Positions 8,511-15,918 of a DNA stretch of 64,000 nucleotides are shown piece after piece (within the stretch, counting starts at the first letter, position 1; the number at the start of each line of letters is the position of its first letter). A program made the position numbers and the translations under genes. The notes under the pieces were generated by a model. The model was not told where the DNA came from. It searched no databases and saw nothing but the letters and a program-made list of their open reading frames with translations. This stretch comes from Caldilineales bacterium (lineage in GTDB: Bacteria > Chloroflexota > Anaerolineae > JAAEKA01): contig JAWKOJ010000007.1 of assembly GCA_041391245.1 (NCBI GenBank), positions 141,883 to 205,882 of the forward strand. The letters are read 5' to 3'.

Positions 8511-9487
8511 GCGACTTCCCCAATCGACACCAACTCTACGAAGATCTGATCAGCGCCCGCCAGGAGCTTAAACGTTCCCTGTTGTTTCTGACCAGCGACG
8601 AGACCCGCCAGCCGGGCGTCGACGCCGAGTGGTGCGTCCTCGATGTCCTGAGCCACGTGACCGGGCGCGAGGCAACCCTGTTCGCCGCTGTGCGCAACCT
8701 GGTCAACGAGGGCGATCCATGTTTCCCCGACCCGCTGGACGAGCGCGAGTTCAACCTGGCAGCCATCCGCCGACGCAGCGGCTTCACCATGGCCGAGGTC
8801 ATGGACGAGCTGGACAGTCTGCGCCACCAGATCATGAAATATCTGCGCAAGCTGCCCAACCAGGCGCTCTTTGGCGCGCACGAGGTACGCGCCACGGGCG
8901 AAATGCAAAGCATCGCCGACGTACTCAACGCCACGATTGCCCACGACCAGGTGCATGCCGATGGCATCTGGCAGTGGCGTGCTGAGGCCGGCTTGCTGCA
9001 TCTGGAGGACTTTCGCCGCCACATCGTGCGCGAGCGGAACGAGTTTCTCAACGCGATCGGTGGGATGCACGAAAGCGAGATGGTCTCGGTGGAGACGTGC
9101 GGCTACTGGACGGTGCGCGACCTGATGGCGCACCTGTTGAGCTGGGACGAGGAGATCTACCGGACCGTCAAGCACTGGACGGGCAAGCGGGACTGGCAGG
9201 ACGGTGCGCTGTACGACGACGAGTGGAACGAAAGCCAGGTCAACGCGCGCGCCAAGCTCGACGTCATCGAACTGGCCGATGGGTTGGCCACCTGGCACCG
9301 GCGCACCATCCAGTATTGCGACAAAGCAGCGCCGGCCGATCTGGTAGCCGTCGCGCGCGCCCCCTGGGGCGAGCCCATGGCGTTGTTAAGCTTGCTGTAC
9401 GAGATGGCCGCCCACGATGCCGTTCACCGCTTACAGATCGAAACCATGCGCGGCGGCAAGCCAAGAGGGAGAAGACGCAGACCCTGA
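8507..9487 (+). CDS. DinB-family protein (tandem DinB-like four-helix domains)
   Basis: The ATG at 8507 overlaps the fdhD stop (ATGA). Two repeats of the DinB pattern occur (W.V.DVLSH / W.VRDLMAH ... H...H). Confidence 0.7.
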   Translation: MSDFPNRHQLYEDLISARQELKRSLLFLTSDETRQPGVDAEWCVLDVLSHVTGREATLFAAVRNLVNEGDPCFPDPLDEREFNLAAIRRRSGFTMAEVMDELDSLRHQIMKYLRKLPNQALFGAHEVRATGEMQSIADVLNATIAHDQVHADGIWQWRAEAGLLHLEDFRRHIVRERNEFLNAIGGMHESEMVSVETCGYWTVRDLMAHLLSWDEEIYRTVKHWTGKRDWQDGALYDDEWNESQVNARAKLDVIELADGLATWHRRTIQYCDKAAPADLVAVARAPWGEPMALLSLLYEMAAHDAVHRLQIETMRGGKPRGRRRRP

Positions 9488-9506
9488 GTGGGAGGAAATC
9501 CGCGCT

Positions 9507-10380
9507 TCAACCGGCCAGCGCCGTCCTGGCCGCCGACATCATCACGTCCAGGGGCGCCTCGTGGCCGGTCCATATCTCGAACGCCGCCGCGCCCTGAGCG
9601 ACCAGCATCTCAAGGCCGCCCTGCGTAGCACAGCCGGCCGCGGCAGCCTGGCGCAGCAGGCGAGTCTGTTCCGGCCGGTAGACCAGATCGTAGACCAGCG
9701 CGCCCGGCGGCAGAGGCAGCTCGTCCGGCCAGGGCGATGCGTCGACGGTGGGCCACATGCCTACAGGGGTGGTGTTGATGATGAGGTCGGGAGGAGGACC
9801 GGAAACGGTGAACGGTGAATTGGTGAATTGGTGAATGGTTAATGCGGGGGAGAGGGACGCGGCATGTTGGGCGAGATCGGCGGCGCGGTCTGGGCTGCGG
9901 TTCCAGATCGACAGGCTGGCAATGCCGCGCACTGCCAGCGCATAGACCACGGCGCGCGCCGACCCGCCCGCGCCCAGCAGCAGCGCTGACTTGCCCGCCA
10001 GGTCGAAGCCGCGCTCGTCCAGCGGATGCAGGAACCCCAACCAGTCGGTGTTGTCACCGCGCAGTACCGCAGGACTGGCAGTCCTCGGAAGGACTGCCAG
10101 TCCTTGGTCCACAGTGATCGTGTTCACCGCGCCGATGACGCGCGCCGCTTCGCTTAGTTCGTCCATCAGCGGCATGACGGCCTGCTTGTGGGGATTGTCA
10201 CGTTGACGCCGCGGTAGCCCCTCGCCGGCAGCCCGCGCACCACCTGCGCCACATCGGCCGGCGCGGTCGGCAGCGCGTCATAGCGCCCTCCAACCCCAGC
10301 GCTGCAAACGCCGCGTTGTGCATCGCCGGACTGATGCTGTGCCCCAGAGGCCAGCCGATGAGGCCGGTGAGAAAGGTCAT
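9507..10380 (-). CDS. aroE: Shikimate dehydrogenase AroE, with two apparent frameshifts
   Basis: Three frame pieces join in order (10380..10282, about 10280..10195, 10175..9507): GLIGWPLGHSISPAMHN, NVTIP(H)K, GDNTDWLGF, GAGGSARA, NTTPVGM. One shift is a G4 run at 10190-10193; G5 would restore NVTIPHKQAVMP. Confidence 0.8.
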
Positions 10381-10382
10381 GG

Positions 10383-10794
10383 TTAGCCGAACAGCGGCTT
10401 TGCCACTCCAGCGCCTGCTGCGCCATGGGGAGCAGCTTCTGCGCGGCTACCGCGACGCCGCCGGCTGCCGCCAGCACCTTGGCGATCCCCTCCAGCTTGC
10501 TGGTGATGACCGCGGCGCTGGGCTGCGGCTTGGCGGCCTGCGCTTCGACCACCTGCACGTCGGCGTCGATGATCTCGGCCGTGTCGGGGTCCAGGCCGGC
10601 AGCGGGCAGCGGCGCGCAGCTCGGCCAGCAGTGCGGTGAACTCGGCCAGCGAGACGCCCTGCGGCGTTGACCTGGGTAATGGTCTGATCGCGGCCGACGA
10701 AGGCCCCGCCGCCGGTGTCCACGTTGCCGCCAATGTATGCCCTGCCGCCGGTGGTCACGCTGGCGGGCGGGGTGGGTGGTTGTTTGTCAGTCAT
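10383..10794 (-). CDS. Hypothetical small protein with a Gly-rich N-terminal motif shared with the DGR targets; frame-disrupted
   Basis: ATG at 10794 follows GGAGG. The N-terminus is MTDKQ...TTGGRAYIGGNVDTGGGAFVGRDQTITQV. Plausible helical sequence continues in the two other frames, with a TAA at 10383-10385. Confidence 0.4.
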
Positions 10795-10932
10795 GGGTAC
10801 CTCCAGAATGTAGTGTAGATGCGCAGCGATGTTTGGATCACGAAGTTGCGAATGTCCGCGAAGGCACGAAGGACGCAATTGGACAGACTTACCCGTCGCG
10901 CTGCTGGGGGACTGGCTCGAAAAAAATCGGCG

Positions 10933-10958
10933 ATTCGATGGGGCACGCCCCATCGAAT
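10933..10958 (-). other. GC-rich hairpin about 60 nt downstream of VR1, followed by a T-run
   Basis: attcgatgggg / ccccatcgaat with a 4-nt loop. The homologous hairpin after VR2 differs by compensatory changes. On the minus strand tttttt follows after a short spacer. Confidence 0.6.
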
Positions 10959-10998
10959 TCCGGACAGGATTCAGGAACCGGAACTCAGAAGCCAGCAC

Positions 10999-13914
10999 TC
11001 AGAACTCAGAATTCGCTAGGGACACCACCACTCGAAACCCGAGGTAGTCGCCGAAGTCGTCAGGAAAGCTCCTGAAGCGGTACGCGCAACGAGCATATGT
11101 TCTATCTACATAAAATGCACCGCCGAAGTGTGAAAAGCGGTTCTCTCCCCGACCAGCGCACGCGGTCCACTCCCAGACGTTGCCGCTCATGTCCCACGCA
11201 CCGACAGGCTGGCGCCGCCAGGATAGGTACAGATAGCGGTTGTTCCCATGCCCTGGCCCGTCTTCTCGGCCACGTTGGCGTTGGCGGCATTGAACTCGCC
11301 GAGCCAGGGATACTCGCGGCCATCGACGCCTCTGGCGGCACGCTCCCATTCCTGTTCGGACGGCAAGCGCACCCGGTAGCCGGGCGGGATGGGTTCGCTG
11401 CCGCCGCCGGCCAAGACACGGCCTGCGGGCCACTATGCAGCCAGTTGCCGTAGGCCTGGGCTTCGTACCAGGAAACGCCGACCACAGGAAAAATGGGGTT
11501 GCACAGGTCAGGATCGTCCCAGAAGAAAGGCCGGTTGCGCTTGTCCAGCGGACGCAATTCTAGAATCGTTGCGTATAAATCCCTCAGGCTTTTGGCCTCG
11601 ATCAACTCCAGATCGGTGTCCGCGCCCTGACGCCACGCCCAGCCTTCCTTGCTCCACCAGCGTTCGTTGTCGTAGCCACCATCGGCCATGAAGCGGGCAT
11701 ACTGGGCGTTGGTGACTGGATATCTGGCGATCCAGTAGCGATGGGAGATAATGCGTTCTTCTCGGGTATCGCCGTAGAGGAACCTGCCTGGCTCCACCGG
11801 GACGAACGTGTCCAGGTCATCCGGCTGCCAACCAAGCCTGCCCAGTGCCAGTCCCGCTCGACGGCGCAAGGTCGGCGGCACGGCCATGTCCTGCATCGTC
11901 TCCACCAGCGCTGCGACCACCGTCTCCTTGCAGGTCGCGGTCACGCCGTCGGGCCAGGCGTCCAGCACGGCCTCGCCGGCCAGTGTCACGGCTTCGCCGG
12001 GCGGGCCGGGGCGTTCGCTGGCCAGCGCCGCCGCCACTTCGCCGGCCGCCAGGGGGCGGCGCTGCACGATGCCCAGGTAGCCCACCGTCAACAGGCTGGC
12101 CTCGCGCCACACCGGGTCGCCCACGTGCTGGCCCAGGAAGGCCGTCACCGGCTGCAGGTCCACCTGCCCCAGGGCGGCGATGCCCACCGCGGCCAGATAC
12201 TCCTCGAAGGTCAGGTGGATGAAGCCGTACTGACCCTCGCCCCTTGCCAGCAGCAGGCCGGTCTCGGCCGGGATGTCGCGCAGGAACTGCGCGGCCGCCG
12301 CCGGCGGGACGGCCGCGCCCTGCCCGCGGTAGATCTCCTCCAACTGCTGGCGCAGCGCCCACTCCGACACCAGCCCCACTCCCGGGCTTTCCCCGTGGAT
12401 CCACAGCGCCAGCGGGGCCGGACGGCCACGGTGGCCACCGTCCAGCTCGCGCCGGGCGCCTGCCGGCCCATGCTCCTCGCCCGGTTCCAACTGGAGATCA
12501 GCGTCTCTACGGCCTGGTGGTAGAGCTGCACCCGGCGCTCCGGCAGGGCGACCCCCTGGCGCTTCATCATGGCCAGCATGGTCAGCAGCAGCGGATTGGC
12601 GGCCAGCCGGCGCGCGGCCGGGTTGCGCTGCACGGTGTCCAGTAGCTCCTGGCGCTCGCGGCGCGCGTCGGCCGCGCTGATGGCCGTGTCGCCCCCCGCC
12701 TGGCGTTCCAGGGTCGCCGTCCAACGGCCCACGAAGGCCTCGATCTCATCGTCGTCGAAGTCCACCAGCGTACACTCGGCCAGGCCGTCCTGGCGTGGGC
12801 CGCACCGCCCGGTAGCCGACGATGCGGCTGGTCAGCACGAACTTGTTGCCGCGTCGCTGCTGGCCGGTGCAGAAGTCCATCACCCGCTCCACCACCCGAT
12901 GGCGCAAGGCGGCCTGCCGCACCTCGTCCAGGCCATCCAGCAGCAGCAGCGCCCGGCCGTGGGCCAGCGCATCGCCCACCATCTCCTCCATGGGCAGGTC
13001 GAGGCCGCTCGCTTTGTACGCGCCGGCGATGAACCGGTCCAGGCGCAGGTCGGGATCGTTGCTCAGCGCGCCGGCGTAGTCGGCCAGCGAGGCCAGCAGC
13101 GGCAGCCGCTCGCCGATGCCCAGCCGCTCGCCGCGCCCAGCGCCAGTTGCAGCGCCAGAACCTTGAGGAAGGTGGTCTTGCCCGCCCCCGGGTCGCCCAG
13201 GATGATCAGGCCGTCGTGCCGTCCCAGGAGGTCCAGGACGGGCACAGGCTCGCCCAGCCGGCCGGCCAGCGCCAGCGCGTCCGCCTCCGCTTCAGCCGGC
13301 TCCAGCGGCCGGCCGGCCAGGCGCAAGTGGCGCTGCCAGGTCTCGCCCTCCGGCATCTCCAGCCGCGCCTTGAGCGGCACGTAGAGATCGAGGAGCGGCA
13401 GTTGCAGGGGTATCCGGTCGTGGACGCCCATGCCCTTCAGTTGCAGATAGCGGTGGCGGTCCAGCAGATAGGTCAGGTAGGCCTCGGTCGCCCGGCGCAG
13501 CGCGGCGGGATCGCCGGCGGCCGGGCTGGCGCGTTTGCTCAGTTCGCCGGCGGTTTGGATCACCAGGTCGCGCTCGACGCGGATGCTGGTGATGTTGCCA
13601 CCGCCGGTGACGATGCTGTCGCGGCCGGTCCAATCGCCGCCATTGGTGCTGACGCTGCCGCCGACATAGGCGCCGCCGCCCGTATCAACGGTAGTGGTGG
13701 CCGCGGGCGACGGCTGGCGGCTGCGCCGGTAGCCCAGCACGGCCAGCAGCGCGCCGCCGGCCAGCAACAGGAGCTGCACCAGCGCCTCCAGGCCCTGGAT
13801 CAGCTCGCTGTTGGCCTCCGTGAAGCTCAGCAGGGCCGGCAGCCACAGCCGCGCGGTCAGGCCGAGCACGATAAGCAGCAGAGCCAGCAGGAGGAGCGGG
13901 AGGTAGCGTTTCAT
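10999..13914 (-). CDS. DGR target 1: N-terminal TM segments, STAND/NACHT-type P-loop NTPase and C-terminal FGE-sulfatase (C-type-lectin-fold) domain; at least 5 frame disruptions
   Basis: ORF pieces 13914..13063, 12991..12746, 12765..12211, 12724..11102, 11414..11187 and 11433..10999 join in order. Walker A is GDPGAGKTTF and Walker B LLLLDGLDEV. The FGE-type segments are RYPVTNAQYARF, VVGVSWYEAQAY, GNVWEWT and ARCAYR...GFRVV. Confidence 0.8.
11020..11094 (-). repeat. DGR variable repeat VR1 (3' end of target 1)
   Basis: Aligns without gaps to TR 14246..14320. There are 12 differences, all at TR coding-strand adenines. Confidence 0.9.
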
Positions 13915-13934
13915 GGGCGTCTCGTGTGCTGAGG

Positions 13935-14021
13935 CAGGACTGGCAGTCCTTGAGTCGAGCGGCAGACCTGGCCGTCGCGTCGAGACTTGCTACAGGGTAG
14001 GGCCAAGGACTGCCAGTCCTG
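13935..14021. repeat. Perfect 18-bp inverted repeat between the TR and the target-1 start
   Basis: caggactggcagtccttg (13935-13952) pairs with caaggactgccagtcctg (14004-14021). The same 15-mer word pair recurs inside aroE at 10071-10104. Confidence 0.8.
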
Positions 14022-14191
14022 ATGCGCCCCCGCGCCGCGCCGCCGTATGCGGTCAGGGCGCGGGGACCGGACGATATTTGGCCGGCCGCTGTGCGCAAGG
14101 CGAACAACGGACGCGACCCGGGCCGGACCGGGCTAGCTTTTGGGGCGCCGTCCCGCATCGCTGTGATGGCGGGATCTACCGGCCGGGACTT

Positions 14192-14225
14192 AAGTGCCGG
14201 GCACTTCGGAAAGTGCCCGGCACTT
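14192..14225. repeat. Palindromic hairpin 20 nt 3' of the TR (minus-strand sense)
   Basis: aagtgccgggcactt (14192-14206), cgga, aagtgcccggcactt (14211-14225): a 15-bp stem with a 4-nt loop. Confidence 0.8.
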
Positions 14226-14245
14226 GCCGCTTGGGGAAAAGCCAT

Positions 14246-14320
14246 GGACACCACCACTCGAAACCCGTTGTTGTTGTTGAAGTTGTCAGGTATGTTCCTG
14301 TTGCGGTACGCGCAACGAGC
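14246..14320 (-). repeat. DGR template repeat (TR)
   Basis: Minus-strand core AAC AGG AAC ATA CCT GAC AAC TTC AAC AAC AAC AAC, flanked by invariant anchors gctcgttgcgcgtaccgc and gggtttcgagtggtggtgtcc. It lies 40 nt after the avd stop. Confidence 0.9.
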
Positions 14321-14360
14321 GGCGGTGGTCCGGCCCGAGAGAACGCAGGCCGCAAAACTC

Positions 14361-14708
14361 TCACGGCCGCGGTTTCTCCTTCAACGATTCCATCCAGCCG
14401 CCCAGCAGTCGACCCAACTCGTCCACCATACGGGAGACGTGAGCGTATTGGCCGGGCGTCAGCAGTTCCAGGTCGCTGCACAGGCGCAGGTAGGTGCGCA
14501 GTTTTGTCAATGTGACGTCGGCCTCGCGCAGCTTCTGCTGCGGCGCTGGACTGTAGGCGGCCTCGATCAGTTGCTCCTGCCAGGTAAGCGCGGTGCGCTG
14601 TACGGCTTCAGCCAGCACAAAGCGCTGCTGGCGAGGGAACTTGATTGTAGCCGGAATCAACCAGCGGAGCAAGTCATAGGTGCGGGTGAAGATGGGAGAT
14701 TGCTGCAT
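14361..14708 (-). CDS. avd: DGR accessory variability determinant (Avd-like four-helix-bundle protein)
   Basis: ATG at 14708 (MQQSPIFTRTYDLLRWLIPATIKFPRQQRF...). It is about 115 aa, basic and helical, matches the Avd/23S-IVS-protein pattern, and overlaps the RT 3' end by 35 nt. Confidence 0.8.
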   Translation of the reverse strand: MQQSPIFTRTYDLLRWLIPATIKFPRQQRFVLAEAVQRTALTWQEQLIEAAYSPAPQQKLREADVTLTKLRTYLRLCSDLELLTPGQYAHVSRMVDELGRLLGGWMESLKEKPRP

Positions 14709-15774
14709 GCTGATACCTTGGCACGGGCGCGGCCAACAACGAGCGTCGCAGACCGCGCGTGTCACCGTGGCGCGCGTGGGCAATCCATCCCTGCACGCGG
14801 CGCTGCAACTCCTCGTAGGTCAGATCGCCGGCGGCTACGGCGCGGTAAGCAATGCGCAGCCGGCGGGCAAATGCCACGCCGTTGCGCCGCTTCAGCCGCC
14901 GGTGGTCGGGAAAGACACGGAAGCCCAGAAACGGAATGCCGCCGGCCACCGGGTAGACGGTGCTCTCGCGCTCGTGTAGCGTCAGTCGCAGGCCGGCCAG
15001 CAGGCTGCGGATCGCGGCTTTCCAGGCCCAGAGCTGGCGCTTGTCGTCGGCGAAGAGCAGGAAATCATCGACGTAGCGCAGGTAGCCCTGGCAGCGCAGG
15101 CGGCGCTTGACAAACTGGTCGAGCTCGTTGAGATAGACGTTGGCCCAGAACTGGCTGGTCAGGTTGCCGATGGGCAGGCCGCGCGGCCGCTGCATGGCGA
15201 ACAGGTCGTCGCCGGGAAACATCACCGGCTGGTAGATCTCGTCCAGCACGCCCTGCCCGCCGGCCAGGATGCGGTCCGCCAGCCACAACGCCTTCGGATC
15301 GACGATCTTGCGGGCGATGACGGCGCGCAGTATTTGGTGGTCCACCGAAGGAAAGAACTGCTCGACATCGCACTGCAGCACGTAGGGATAGCGCCGCGCG
15401 AAGGCCTGGGCGCGGTCCAGCGCGGCGTGCGTGCCCTTGCCCACCTGGTTGGCGTAGGAGTCGCCGATGAAGGTGCGCTGGAAGATCGGCTCGATGACGT
15501 TGCACAGCGCGTGATGCACCACCCGGTCGCGGAAAGGCGCGGCCGATACCAGCCGCCGCTTGGGATCGCGGATGGTGAACGAGCGGTACGGGCCGGGCCG
15601 GTAGGTCAGAGCGAGCAGCTCCTCTTCCAATCGCAAGAGGTTGCTTTCCAGGTCGAACTCGAAAGCGGCGACAGAGCGCTGGCCGCGTTTTCCTCTGGCG
15701 GCCTTGCGAAAGGCCTGGTGCAGGTTCTCGAAGGAAGCGATGGTCGGATAGAGGTCGGCGTAGGATTCCGTCAT
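14674..15774 (-). CDS. DGR reverse transcriptase
   Basis: ATG at 15774 (MTESYADLYP...). RT motifs include the DGR-diagnostic LPIGNLTSQFWANVYLNELD (IGxxxSQ) and the catalytic RYVDDFLLF. Confidence 0.92.
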   Translation of the reverse strand: MTESYADLYPTIASFENLHQAFRKAARGKRGQRSVAAFEFDLESNLLRLEEELLALTYRPGPYRSFTIRDPKRRLVSAAPFRDRVVHHALCNVIEPIFQRTFIGDSYANQVGKGTHAALDRAQAFARRYPYVLQCDVEQFFPSVDHQILRAVIARKIVDPKALWLADRILAGGQGVLDEIYQPVMFPGDDLFAMQRPRGLPIGNLTSQFWANVYLNELDQFVKRRLRCQGYLRYVDDFLLFADDKRQLWAWKAAIRSLLAGLRLTLHERESTVYPVAGGIPFLGFRVFPDHRRLKRRNGVAFARRLRIAYRAVAAGDLTYEELQRRVQGWIAHARHGDTRGLRRSLLAAPVPRYQHAAISHLHPHL

Positions 15775-15854
15775 CTTCCAGACCTGCACGGTCAGTTCTT
15801 CCGATCCGCGCGTCCGGCAATCGGCGGTACTCCGCTCGTGGAAAAATCCGGCGA

Positions 15855-15878
15855 TTCGCCGGGGCGTGCCCCGGCGAA
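15855..15878 (-). other. GC-rich hairpin about 60 nt downstream of VR2, followed by a T-run
   Basis: ttcgccgggg / ccccggcgaa with a 4-nt loop. It is the covarying counterpart of 10933-10958. Confidence 0.6.
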
Positions 15879-15918
15879 CCCGGACAGGATTCAGGAACCG
15901 GAACTCAGAAGCCAGCAC

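Noticed and set aside
15775-15918. N-terminal extensions MLASEFRFLNPVR... shared by ORFs 14674..15918 and 10447..10998, which could suggest a conserved coding exon.
   Set aside because: The shared peptide is just the translation of the conserved 3' flank of the DGR VRs. The real starts (15774 and 10794) have ATG codons, and one has a GGAGG site.
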